NCBI GenBank assembly: GCA_001791305.1
Contig: MGEI01000005.1
Location: forward strand, 146,698 to 210,697
Direction: 5' to 3'
Origin: Candidatus Uhrbacteria bacterium RIFCSPLOWO2_01_FULL_47_17
Lineage (GTDB): Bacteria > Patescibacteriota > Patescibacteriia > UBA9934 > GWF2-40-263
Length of the DNA: 64,000 nucleotides
In this document: piece by piece, positions 37,662 to 46,937 of the stretch
Layout: each line of letters opens with the position of its first letter
Numbering within the stretch: position 1 is the first letter of the stretch
Program-made: the position numbers and the translations under genes
Notes under the pieces: generated by a model
Told to the model about the DNA's origin: nothing
What the model saw: only the letters and a program-made list of their open reading frames with translations
The model's database searches: none

Positions 37662-38721
37662 GAAAGATCTGTGGAATTGTGATGAGAACGCAGATCATTA
37701 TGTAGCAAAATGCGAGTTTGAATCCGAGTGCCTGGTAAATACAGAAACTTACAAAGCAGCTTGGGATTCCGACCCAGAATGTTCGTTGCGCTGCAGAGAG
37801 CGAGGCGTTCTTTGTGAGCATGCTCATGAACACCGCGGCGGTCAAAATGCAAAGCACAAAATCTGAGATGAAGCGGTGCAAGAGCCAGTACAAACCGTAC
37901 TGAAGCCCAAGCATGAGACAAACGAGAATAGAAATAACGATCATGAATGCAGGAATCGAAGGAGTCTTCTCGAACTGCTTTGGCAGATTCTTGTCGTACA
38001 AGAGAACATCGGCAAGGAGCGAAAGTGTTGATCCGAAAAAGATTCCGAATGCGACATAGTCACCCAATAACCAGCCAGGAAGTGCGAACGTCGGCTCTGC
38101 CGAAAACCACACAAGCGTGTCAGAAATCGGTTTGTCCATCACGTGTAGCGCAGCGAATGCGTATACGAAGTGGACGACGATACGAACAAAGTCGATGACG
38201 CTCGTGTTTTGAATCTTGTGCAGGCTGAACAGAACGGAATTCATCGCAAAGTGTGCGAACACAGAAGCAACGAGTCCATATCGGACAAACACGAACGAGA
38301 GCAACAGGCCGCTCATGAATTGCGGGAGCACACGAGCCCATTGGCGTTCAGCGAGATCTTTATAATTTGCGAGGTGAACGTAGGCAAAAAAGAGGTTCGA
38401 CGCAATCAACAACACATAAAATGCATTGCCAGAAAACAACGACAGCTTTGACCCTTGTCCAAGCAGGAACCATCGAAAAAACAGTTCCTCAACAAAGACC
38501 ACCCCAAACAGCAAGCGAAAGTGGTGTCCGTCCGAAGTGCTCTCAAAAAAGCTCCGCAGCGAATGTGATTGTGTTTTTCCCAAAATCGCGCGTGTGCCAC
38601 AGTGGCATGCAAGCACCAAGGGGAAATCAATCGCAACAATCAGGAATACAAACGGAATGATTCCAAGAAGTGTGGTCGCTCTGCCGGTTGGTGCGATCCA
38701 GACGCGGTCAGAAACGCCCAC
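37642..38721 (-). CDS. polytopic membrane protein with C-terminal CPBP (CAAX-protease-like) intramembrane metalloprotease domain
   Basis: VEELFFRWFL (EExxxR), FFAYVHL (FxxxH), FAHFAMNS (HxxxN). Confidence 0.6.
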   Translation of the reverse strand: MGVSDRVWIAPTGRATTLLGIIPFVFLIVAIDFPLVLACHCGTRAILGKTQSHSLRSFFESTSDGHHFRLLFGVVFVEELFFRWFLLGQGSKLSLFSGNAFYVLLIASNLFFAYVHLANYKDLAERQWARVLPQFMSGLLLSFVFVRYGLVASVFAHFAMNSVLFSLHKIQNTSVIDFVRIVVHFVYAFAALHVMDKPISDTLVWFSAEPTFALPGWLLGDYVAFGIFFGSTLSLLADVLLYDKNLPKQFEKTPSIPAFMIVISILVCLMLGLQYGLYWLLHRFISDFVLCILTAAVFMSMLTKNASLSAAQRTFWVGIPSCFVSFCIYQALGFKLAFCYIMICVLITIPQIFLEFMDD

Positions 38722-38938
38722 AGCTCATTCAAGATCCCTTGCGGGTTCTCAGTAAAGTTCCAGCCGATACAGAGCATGAGCAGCCAACTCATCGCTGCCG
38801 TAAACAATCCGGTCTGTTTCGTTTGCACGCTTTCTTCCTCCTCTCTCTTATGAAACGAACATTCAGCTCCATTGCTGAACGAACAAATCTAGCAAAAAAT
38901 CTTGGTTTTGTCAATCGATCGGGATATAATTCACCTAT

Positions 38939-39676
38939 ATGCCCTCTCCTCTTCAAAAAATTGAATTGGCCTTGTGTGGACTTGCGATTGACGATCCAAA
39001 GTACAAAGCCTTTCGTCAGAAAACCACCAAACTGCGCGTGCTTGGCATTCGCGTGCCAGTACTTCAGAAATTAGTCTGCGACGGATTTCAGTTTTACAAC
39101 AAAACCGAAAAAGATATTTTGCATGTATGGAATGGCGTGTGGAACACAAGTCGCATGCACGAAGCGATGTATCTGCCATTGTTTTATTATCGCAACCACA
39201 AACACGTACTCGGCACATACGAATGGCACGTCATAAAAAAGTGGATTGACCGCGTGGAAAACTGGGAGCATGCGGATGCGCTTGCATACCTCTATTCCAT
39301 TTTGCTTGAACGCTATCCAAAACTCATTTTGCCGACACTCAAAAAATGGAATCGTTCGAACAATCCGTGGAAACAACGCATCTCGATTGTGTCTCTCATT
39401 TATTACGCCTCCAAAAACCGCAAAGCCCCGCCGGTTGGCCTTGTACTCAAAATGGTCGAACCCCTGATTCCGTCGAAAGACCCCTATGTGCGCAAGGCAG
39501 TCGGATGGACGCTGCGTGAAAGTTACAAGCTGTATCCAAAAGAAACGTTTGCGTTTCTAAAAAAGCACATCCAAGAATTAGCGGCCGTGAGTTTTTCGTA
39601 TGCGACAGAGCGAGTGACAAAGGAGCAGAAGACGGAGTTGAAACGAATGCGATCTCGACAAAAATCCAAATTCTGA
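38939..39676 (+). CDS. DNA alkylation repair protein (AlkC/AlkD-like HEAT-repeat glycosylase family)
   Basis: length and repeat pattern (WxxxRxxxL, VRKAVGWTLRE) typical of the DNA_alkylation family. Confidence 0.55.
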   Translation: MPSPLQKIELALCGLAIDDPKYKAFRQKTTKLRVLGIRVPVLQKLVCDGFQFYNKTEKDILHVWNGVWNTSRMHEAMYLPLFYYRNHKHVLGTYEWHVIKKWIDRVENWEHADALAYLYSILLERYPKLILPTLKKWNRSNNPWKQRISIVSLIYYASKNRKAPPVGLVLKMVEPLIPSKDPYVRKAVGWTLRESYKLYPKETFAFLKKHIQELAAVSFSYATERVTKEQKTELKRMRSRQKSKF

Positions 39677-39696
39677 TAATCTACAGCCCGTGCGTG

Positions 39697-39823
39697 CTAA
39701 AACTTTCCAAATTGGATGCAAAATTGTTGTGTTGCGAGCACCGCAAGTGAGCTGTACACGGAAGTACAGCGAACGCGGAGCACAGCGACACAACAATTTG
39801 GCGCCGATTTGGGAAGTTTTAGC
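39697..39823 (+). other. structured leader: inverted repeat ctaaaactttccaaattgg ... ccgatttgggaagttttag enclosing a nested-hairpin loop of about 90 nt, ending at the 5' end of tRNA-Leu(TAA)
   Basis: same IR core and same placement as 29711-29837. Confidence 0.45.
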
Positions 39824-39909
39824 GGGACAGTGGCGGAATGGTATACGCTCGACACTTAAAATGTCGTCTGGGAAACCGGGTGCGGGTTCGAGTCCCGCCT
39901 GTCCCACCA
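39824..39909 (+). tRNA. tRNA-Leu (anticodon TAA)
   Basis: GGGACAGTGGCGGAATGGTATACGCTCGACACTTAAAATGTCGTCTGGGAAACCGGGTGCGGGTTCGAGTCCCGCCTGTCCCACCA. Confidence 0.9.
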
Positions 39910-39910
39910 T

Positions 39911-39950
39911 CCTACGCTCTGGCTGTTTTCTATATCCAGAGCGTAGGATG
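39911..39950 (+). terminator. hairpin cctacgctctgg...ccagagcgtagg after the tRNA
   Basis: 12-bp perfect stem. Confidence 0.5.
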
Positions 39951-40116
39951 CCCTTCGAAGCTTTAGCGAAGAACGGGCGCATTGTGTCGCCAGAGCTTCG
40001 GATGGCAAGTCAAAAAAGAATCACGATGTGATTCTTTTTTGTTTGACCATCAACCATTGACAATCTTTCGCAGAAACTTTAAGGTCTCGATAGGCAAGAA
40101 ACAAAAGGAGTCTTTC

Positions 40117-40374
40117 ATGACCATCGCTGTTGAAGCCACTCGTCCGTTTCATGAATCGATCATCGACGTCCTCCCAATTGCAAACGGCTCCCAACTCACC
40201 ATCTTGGCCGATCTCATCAAGCGAACAGCCATTCCCAAAAACCACGACGCGATCATTGCGGCGTGGACACGTCGCACGCTCGACATGCACAGCCCGGACT
40301 ATGGCGTTTCCGAATACCTTCAGCGCCAAAAAGAACAGGCTGCGTTTACCGCACGGATCACGACCGGATGCTAA
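40117..40374 (+). CDS. small protein (85 aa), tandem paralog 1 of an unknown family (conserved NHDAI(I/L)AAW..RT)
   Basis: RBS aaaaggag; paralogous to 40384..40641. Confidence 0.5.
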   Translation: MTIAVEATRPFHESIIDVLPIANGSQLTILADLIKRTAIPKNHDAIIAAWTRRTLDMHSPDYGVSEYLQRQKEQAAFTARITTGC

Positions 40375-40383
40375 GGAGGCATC

Positions 40384-40641
40384 ATGAGTGGATTTCTCTT
40401 TTCGCAACCGTTTGAAGATTCGATCGTTGAATCAATAAGCACCGCAGATCGCGCAGAACTCGAATGTCTTGCACGACTCATCACACGCACGCGCATCACG
40501 CGCAACCACGACGCAATCTTGGCTGCATGGATCACCCGAACACGTTTTTTCTCTGTTTCCGACTTGGGTGTCACGGATCACATCGTTCGACAACGTTCCT
40601 ACACAGAACAATCTTCTTTGACCCGTCAACCTGAACGCTGA
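40384..40641 (+). CDS. small protein (85 aa), tandem paralog 2
   Basis: RBS aaggagg; [27 protein letters not shown] vs LADLIKRTAIPKNHDAIIAAWTRRTLD; terminator hairpin follows at about 40630-40660. Confidence 0.5.
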   Translation: MSGFLFSQPFEDSIVESISTADRAELECLARLITRTRITRNHDAILAAWITRTRFFSVSDLGVTDHIVRQRSYTEQSSLTRQPER

Positions 40642-40711
40642 ATTTTCAGCGTTTTTTCTTTTCCCCAACACGCTTGCGCTTCGACCCAGAGTCGAACATA
40701 ATACAAACAAT

Positions 40712-41779
40712 ATGATCGAACGCGAGGAATTCGAAGCACAATCTGATCTCTCGACAAGCTCAAGAAATAGTGAGGCAACCGTCACCCCAAGCGCTTCTCC
40801 CGAAGAGCGGGATTTTGAATTTTCGCTTCGTCCAAAAACGCTTGCCGAATTTGTCGGGCAAGAGGGATTAAAAGAGAACTTGACCGTATTCATGCAAGCG
40901 GCAAAAAAGCGTGAGGAACCGATCGAACATGTGCTTCTCTACGGAAACCCGGGGCTTGGAAAAACCACCCTTGCGCACATCATTGCAACAGAAATGGGTT
41001 CACAGATTCGTGTGACGTCGGGCCCCGCCCTCGAGAAAGTTGGCGACCTTGCCGCGATCCTCTCAAACCTCCAGAAAGGCGATATTCTTTTTATCGACGA
41101 AATCCACCGCATCAATAAAACGATCGAGGAAGTTTTGTATCCTGCGATGGAAGACTATGCGCTCGACATTATTGTCGGCAAAGGCCCGACCGCTCGTACA
41201 CTTCGCATCAACCTTGAACACTTTACGATCATTGGAGCGACAACACGCCTCTCGCTTTTATCCGCACCACTTCGAGATCGTTTCGGCATGGTGCACCACT
41301 TGGATTTTTACACGCGCGATGATCTTGCAATCATCTTACGTCGCAATGCGAATCTGCTTCGATCCCCCATTCACGAAGACGCGGTCGAACTCCTCGCGAT
41401 GCGCTCGCGTCTGACTCCACGTATTGCAAACCGCATGCTCCGCCGTGCACGCGATTTTGCGCAAGTGAAAGGTGACGGTTCGATTACACCCGATCTCTGT
41501 CGCGATGCGCTTGCCATGATGCGCGTGGATGAAGAAGGCTTGGACGCCGTTGATCGCCACATTCTCACAACCATCATGGAAAAATTCCAAGGCGGACCCG
41601 TTGGACTCTCCACCATTGCCGCCGCGACGCAAGAAGAAATGGAAACGATTGAGGATGTCCACGAGCCTTACTTACTCCAACTCGGCTTCCTCGCACGAAC
41701 CCCGCGCGGACGCGTCGCCACAGATCGCGCCTACAAACACCTCGGCCGCGATATCCCAGAACAAAGTCGTCTGATATAA
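40712..41779 (+). CDS. ruvB: Holliday junction branch-migration ATPase RuvB
   Basis: [24 protein letters not shown], sensor/arginine motifs. Confidence 0.9.
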   Translation: MIEREEFEAQSDLSTSSRNSEATVTPSASPEERDFEFSLRPKTLAEFVGQEGLKENLTVFMQAAKKREEPIEHVLLYGNPGLGKTTLAHIIATEMGSQIRVTSGPALEKVGDLAAILSNLQKGDILFIDEIHRINKTIEEVLYPAMEDYALDIIVGKGPTARTLRINLEHFTIIGATTRLSLLSAPLRDRFGMVHHLDFYTRDDLAIILRRNANLLRSPIHEDAVELLAMRSRLTPRIANRMLRRARDFAQVKGDGSITPDLCRDALAMMRVDEEGLDAVDRHILTTIMEKFQGGPVGLSTIAAATQEEMETIEDVHEPYLLQLGFLARTPRGRVATDRAYKHLGRDIPEQSRLI

Positions 41780-41789
41780 TAAGCGCACT

Positions 41790-42071
41790 ATGTCTTTCTC
41801 TTTTCCAGAAATTTCCATTCCTGTTTTCTCCTTTCTTGGAATTTTTGGTTTGTACATGGCTTGCTACGTTCTCTACAGTCTTTTTAACATCTTTCACCTT
41901 GTGAAATACGGAATTGCCGGAAACGGACTTTTTTTGATTGTCTTTACTTTTTTGGGAGGAACCATTCTCCTTGTCGCCGCTTCCATTTTTTTGTTGCTCC
42001 CCTATGATTGGACGTACGCGATCCCGTTGAATCAGATAACGGATGTGTTTAACGAAAACGTCGCTTTATGA
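41790..42071 (+). CDS. small membrane protein (2-3 TM)
   Basis: hydrophobic ORF immediately upstream of, and overlapping, the bPH-domain gene. Confidence 0.4.
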   Translation: MSFSFPEISIPVFSFLGIFGLYMACYVLYSLFNIFHLVKYGIAGNGLFLIVFTFLGGTILLVAASIFLLLPYDWTYAIPLNQITDVFNENVAL

Positions 42072-42622
42072 TGAATCTCCATCATCTTCCAAATCAACGC
42101 CCGAACGAACATGTCGTCTTATTTTTGCGACGACATTGGTTTTCTCTTTTACGCATTGGTTGCGCGTTTGCTCTCCTTACAATTCTTCCCCTTTCCCTTC
42201 TTTGGTATTTTTGGAATTCTGTTTCTGTTTGGATCCAAGAACCGTTTTTGGGTCCCCTGCTCACCATGGTTGGATGCATGTATTTTTTGTCCATCTGGTT
42301 ATTTGTTTTTTTGGAATTCACGGATTATTACCTCGACACGTGGATCATCACCAATGAGCGCGTGCTGAACATCGAACAAGAAGGATTATTTAAACGCACC
42401 TCATCCGAACTCGATCTCGCCTCCGTTCAAGACGCGACGGCTGAGACACGCGGATTTTTTGAAACAATGTTCTCGTATGGAAACTTATTTGTACAAACCG
42501 CCGGTGAAAAAGTACGGTTTCATTTCAAATCGATTGGTCACCCTGAATACGTAAAAGAACTGCTCATGAGGCATGTACAGGAAGATAAGCAGCGGGTGGT
42601 GCACACGAAGGAAACGAAGTGA
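42068..42622 (+). CDS. membrane protein with bacterial PH domain (YdbS/DUF304-like)
   Basis: two N-terminal TM helices then ITNERVLNIEQEGLFKRTSSELDL...GNLFVQTAGEKVRFHF. Confidence 0.5.
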   Translation: MMNLHHLPNQRPNEHVVLFLRRHWFSLLRIGCAFALLTILPLSLLWYFWNSVSVWIQEPFLGPLLTMVGCMYFLSIWLFVFLEFTDYYLDTWIITNERVLNIEQEGLFKRTSSELDLASVQDATAETRGFFETMFSYGNLFVQTAGEKVRFHFKSIGHPEYVKELLMRHVQEDKQRVVHTKETK

Positions 42623-42671
42623 TGAGAAAATCGTGCAGAAATAAAATACTCTGTGGTCACCACAGAGTATT

Positions 42672-43541
42672 TTATTTCCACTCATACACATTCCACGCCC
42701 AGTCGGAAAGTTCTTTTGCCACTTCAAATGAATGTGCGCGCGAGTCGGCTCCGAAGAGAACGATGAGGAGTTCTTTTTTTGTTTCGCGGGCGGATGGCCG
42801 AAGGGTTACAGCGAGATTCCATCCGGATTCTTCGAGATACCCAGTTTTTCCACCTGTTACCCACACGTCATCATACGCCGGTTTAAAAAGCATCCAGTTT
42901 GTGGAGGTGATTTTTTTCATCGCCCCCGTATTTGCAACACGAATGTTTCTGTTTGGTGTTGTTGTGTAGCGCTGAATTTGTGGATGAATAAAAATGATAT
43001 TCGCGAGTTTTGCAACGTCCATGACGGTGGATGTATTTGCAAGTTCCATTCCGCTTGGATCCGCATAGGTGGTGTGATTGAGCCCAAGGATCTTTGCGCG
43101 TGCATTCATTTGTTTTACAAAATCCTCGCGCGTGGGCGTACAGGTGCGGGCGAGGGCGTTTGCAGCGTTGTTCGCGGAACCGGAAAGCATGGCGTAAAAC
43201 AAATCATCTACCGAAAATTTGTCTCCATGTTTTATATACAGCTTCGCACCTCCAACATCATCTTCTTTTAAAATGGGCTGTAACTTTTTAGGGGAAACTT
43301 GATTTTGCAAAACCAAATCCGCGGTCATGAGTTTTGTGAGCGACGCGATCGGCCAAACAAGATTCTCTTGTTTCAACGTAAGCACTGTTCCGGTTGTGCG
43401 ATCAATAACCACATACGCCCGCGCGGAGACACTTGATTCAATTTCGGTAGGATCAACTCGCACGGGTGCCGCAAAAATGGCTGTGGGGAAAATCCCAGCA
43501 AAAAATACCAATGCGATCGTGAAGAATGTTTTTTGAAACAT
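42672..43541 (-). CDS. dacA: D-alanyl-D-alanine carboxypeptidase (S11, PBP5/6-like)
   Basis: SxxK IASLTK, SxN SGSANN, KTG GGKTGY; signal peptide from ATG 43541. Confidence 0.8.
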   Translation of the reverse strand: MFQKTFFTIALVFFAGIFPTAIFAAPVRVDPTEIESSVSARAYVVIDRTTGTVLTLKQENLVWPIASLTKLMTADLVLQNQVSPKKLQPILKEDDVGGAKLYIKHGDKFSVDDLFYAMLSGSANNAANALARTCTPTREDFVKQMNARAKILGLNHTTYADPSGMELANTSTVMDVAKLANIIFIHPQIQRYTTTPNRNIRVANTGAMKKITSTNWMLFKPAYDDVWVTGGKTGYLEESGWNLAVTLRPSARETKKELLIVLFGADSRAHSFEVAKELSDWAWNVYEWK

Positions 43542-43546
43542 GTGCG

Positions 43547-45451
43547 TCACATCCAGCGTTTTGTTAAATCGATGCCCTGATAAAAATACTTCAAAATGTC
43601 GTCCCACTTTCTTCCGCTCTTTGCCATACAAAGTGCTTCGCTTGCGGAGAGTCCAACACCGTGACCCCAAAGTTTACGTCCATTTGCCGCGTCACACGGA
43701 GTTGGAACGGATTTTATCCAAGCAACCGTTCCGTGCCACACCTCTCCCCAATCGCGCGTGCGTCCGTCTGAACGCGAGAAGTAGGGTGTGATAGCTGTTC
43801 TGCCCTCATATGTCACGGTCACACCACGCGTTTCTTGCGCAGAAAGTCGGATGGATGGATTGTTCACCTCATATTCATATCCTCGATATACCTGATCATC
43901 TGCAGAAGAATTCATATGAAAAAATTCGTTTGCGTGTTTGGTGGCGCGCTCAAAGTGATAAAGGGCGTATGTTCGTGCGATGGTGATCAGCGTTTTTTTG
44001 AATTCATGATCTGAGAGTTCTGATGTTTCTCCAAGACCGGCGAGATACTCTTCCATCTTCACTTCATTGATGACCCACGTGCGATCTTTTTTACTGTTGT
44101 AACGAAGTTCAAGAATATTTCGGAACGTATTTTCCGCATAGCCCGCACGGCGCGTCACGCGCTTGTCAAAATTTTCAATCTTACACACAGCCCCTTCTGT
44201 GTTTGGAACGAATCGTAAGAAAAACGATGACTGCTCGAGCCCTTGTCCACGATTAAAATAATAACGACTGTTTTTGTAAAATGCGTTTATGGATTGATTC
44301 GCTGCCTGCTCGGCAAGAAGCGCACCATTGCCATCAACCAACTTCCAATCGGTGTTGCAACTGATCTTCACTTCGTTATTTGTTTCTTCATCCACAATCA
44401 AAACGCCGATGCGCAGCATGGGTTCTGGAATCATGTTTTGTAATATGGTCGCGTCGAGAACTGGACTGTTCAACACATCTTCCGCATCCGACGTAACCTC
44501 AACCGGAATCAAAATTTCCGCGTCAGACAACACAACATCATTTGCCGCAAACTGATATTTTATGGTGTACATTCCTTTTGTAGGCGGAGCTTTAAAAACA
44601 AATGACAGAAAATCGAGTGCGCCCGGCTCTACAACTCCCGATGTATTGAGGGCGATCTGTGTTGTTGGCAACGCTCCAACACTTGCGATCGCGAGTGCAT
44701 CAGAAGAACGCACTTCTCGTTTCATCCATGGGGTCGTCCCGGTGTTTTTCATTCCTACCTTATACACAATTTGTTCATTTCCTTCTGCCGTGACAAGTTT
44801 TGTGGAGCGCAGCAAAAGAAAGGCGGATAATGTGGGCGCGCTTGTATCAGAAACCAATTTTACACTTGGAGCGGATGCGGGTTTTGCTTTTGCAACGGTT
44901 CCTGGTTTTTGCACCTCAATGACCAATTTCAATTCCCCTCCCGGAATCCAGGTTATGTCTTCCGCCACCATCCCAAACGCTTCTTTATACGTTCCAACTT
45001 TTTCCGGCGCTTTCAAAACCAATTTAAAATTGCCACTTGCACCCGGTTTTACCGTTGTCTCTTTTAAAAGCGCTGCATGCGTGGCATCAAACCAGTTTTT
45101 TGCTTCAAAAACACTTTTGCGATAATTCTTATCCGCCGTATAAAACGAAACATACCCCGCACCTTTGCGCTTCCACGCAGTCTTCCCACTATTTTTATAC
45201 GTAAGCGAAATCGTTTTTGTTTCTCCCGGCGCCATTATGATGGTCTCGATAGGTGCGGTCACGACTTTTGCCTCATACCCTTTGCGAGGGGCGGCGTTTG
45301 CAAAAGGGATTGATGTCACCGCAAAGAAAAAAACAAGACCGAATAATGCGATCTTCTTCCCCACTTGCCTGCCGAGAGGCAAGGCGGCGTTTTGGTGTAA
45401 AAAACGCTTCATAGTAAGAACTATTTTATCGAAAAAAGTCACGATGGTCAA
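43547..45451 (-). CDS. SpoIID/LytB-domain protein with N-terminal Ig-like/CARDB-like repeats
   Basis: C-terminal ...LWGHGVGLSASEALCMAKSG...ILKYFYQG; signal peptide. Confidence 0.7.
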   Translation of the reverse strand: MTIVTFFDKIVLTMKRFLHQNAALPLGRQVGKKIALFGLVFFFAVTSIPFANAAPRKGYEAKVVTAPIETIIMAPGETKTISLTYKNSGKTAWKRKGAGYVSFYTADKNYRKSVFEAKNWFDATHAALLKETTVKPGASGNFKLVLKAPEKVGTYKEAFGMVAEDITWIPGGELKLVIEVQKPGTVAKAKPASAPSVKLVSDTSAPTLSAFLLLRSTKLVTAEGNEQIVYKVGMKNTGTTPWMKREVRSSDALAIASVGALPTTQIALNTSGVVEPGALDFLSFVFKAPPTKGMYTIKYQFAANDVVLSDAEILIPVEVTSDAEDVLNSPVLDATILQNMIPEPMLRIGVLIVDEETNNEVKISCNTDWKLVDGNGALLAEQAANQSINAFYKNSRYYFNRGQGLEQSSFFLRFVPNTEGAVCKIENFDKRVTRRAGYAENTFRNILELRYNSKKDRTWVINEVKMEEYLAGLGETSELSDHEFKKTLITIARTYALYHFERATKHANEFFHMNSSADDQVYRGYEYEVNNPSIRLSAQETRGVTVTYEGRTAITPYFSRSDGRTRDWGEVWHGTVAWIKSVPTPCDAANGRKLWGHGVGLSASEALCMAKSGRKWDDILKYFYQGIDLTKRWM

Positions 45452-45503
45452 AAGACCGTTGCAGCTTTTCCCTCTACTCTCACCCTGCTACAATGACTGC
45501 ATT

Positions 45504-46937
45504 ATGATCTCTGCACATTCTTTAGCCAAAAATTTCACGATCCAGACGGTCGGTAAAGTGTTTTCGATCCTCATTGGACTTGCAACGGTCGCCATTCTGA
45601 CGCGCGCGCTTGGGACGGAACAATTCGGAGAATACACGACCGTCGCTACGTTTCTTCAATTCTTTGGCATCCTCGTCGACTTTGGCCTGACCCTCACGTT
45701 GCTCGTCATGATTTCGGAAAAAGGGGCGAACGAGGAACAAGTCGCGGGAAATTTTCTTGGACTGCGTCTTGTCTCTGGTTTTCTTCTCTTTGCACTTGCC
45801 CCAATCATCGTTCTTGCGTTCCCGTATTCGTCGACCATCAAACAGGCCGTCCTCTTTGGTGCATTCGCCTACTTCCTCATGGGCGGAGCGTCCCTTCTCG
45901 TCGGTGTGTTCCAAAAACATGAGGCGATTTGGCGCGCGGCGCTTGCGGAACTCATCAATCGATTTGTCTTGCTCGTAACAATCGCGATTCTTGCATGGCT
46001 CAACTTCGGCGTGGTTGCGTTTACCGCTGCGGCGATCCTCGCAAACGCCATTTGGTTTTTGGTGATGATCCGCTTCGCACGTCCATTCGTGCATATTCGA
46101 CCACGGTTCGAGATCGAAACATGGAAAAAAATCTTTCTACACAGCTGGCCGATTGCGGTCTCAATCATTTTCAACCTCATGTATCTCAAGGGCGATATTC
46201 TGTTACTCTCCTTATTTCGATCGCAAACCGAAGTTGGATTATACGGCGTCGCTTATCGTGTAATCGATATCCTCACTGTCATTCCAACCATGTTTATGGG
46301 ATTATTACTCCCGTCCCTCACACTTGCCTGGACAAACGGTGATCACGAACAATTTCGCTCGCGACTCTCACGAACATTCGATCTGTTTATGGTCTTTGTG
46401 ATTCCGGTTATCGCCGGCGCGCAAATTCTTGGCGTGCAACTTATTGAACTCATTGCTGGGCAAGGATACGAACAAGGTGGTGCAGTATTAAAAGTACTCA
46501 TTCTCGCCTTATTCGGCGTATTTGTTGGAACACTCTTCGGCCACCTCGTTGTTGCACTCAATAAACAACGCGCCATGATTCTTGGTTATGCCGCAACCGC
46601 TGCTGTAACTCTTGCGGGATACCTCTACGTCATCCCGCGCTTCGGCATGTATGGCGCGGCCTGGATGACGGTGTTTTCCGAAGCATTGATCGCAATCATC
46701 ACATTCATCGTCGTGTTTCGAACATCAGGTGCTCTGCCGCATCTTCGTGTTTTTCTCAAAGCGCTCTTCGCCGCACTTATCATGTCTAGCTTCCTTCTCT
46801 TGCGCCCATCTGTACACGTCGCGCTCGATATTTTATTTGGCGCACTCGTTTATTTTGCGGTGATGGTTCTTATTCGAGGAATTAGGATCGAAGACGTAAA
46901 ACTCATGTTACCTGGGCGTTTCAAAAAATCCGTATGA
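45504..46937 (+). CDS. polysaccharide/oligosaccharide flippase (Wzx/MOP family)
   Basis: 12-14 TM, N-terminal KNFTIQTVGKVFSILIGLATVAILTRALG. Confidence 0.7.
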   Translation: MISAHSLAKNFTIQTVGKVFSILIGLATVAILTRALGTEQFGEYTTVATFLQFFGILVDFGLTLTLLVMISEKGANEEQVAGNFLGLRLVSGFLLFALAPIIVLAFPYSSTIKQAVLFGAFAYFLMGGASLLVGVFQKHEAIWRAALAELINRFVLLVTIAILAWLNFGVVAFTAAAILANAIWFLVMIRFARPFVHIRPRFEIETWKKIFLHSWPIAVSIIFNLMYLKGDILLLSLFRSQTEVGLYGVAYRVIDILTVIPTMFMGLLLPSLTLAWTNGDHEQFRSRLSRTFDLFMVFVIPVIAGAQILGVQLIELIAGQGYEQGGAVLKVLILALFGVFVGTLFGHLVVALNKQRAMILGYAATAAVTLAGYLYVIPRFGMYGAAWMTVFSEALIAIITFIVVFRTSGALPHLRVFLKALFAALIMSSFLLLRPSVHVALDILFGALVYFAVMVLIRGIRIEDVKLMLPGRFKKSV

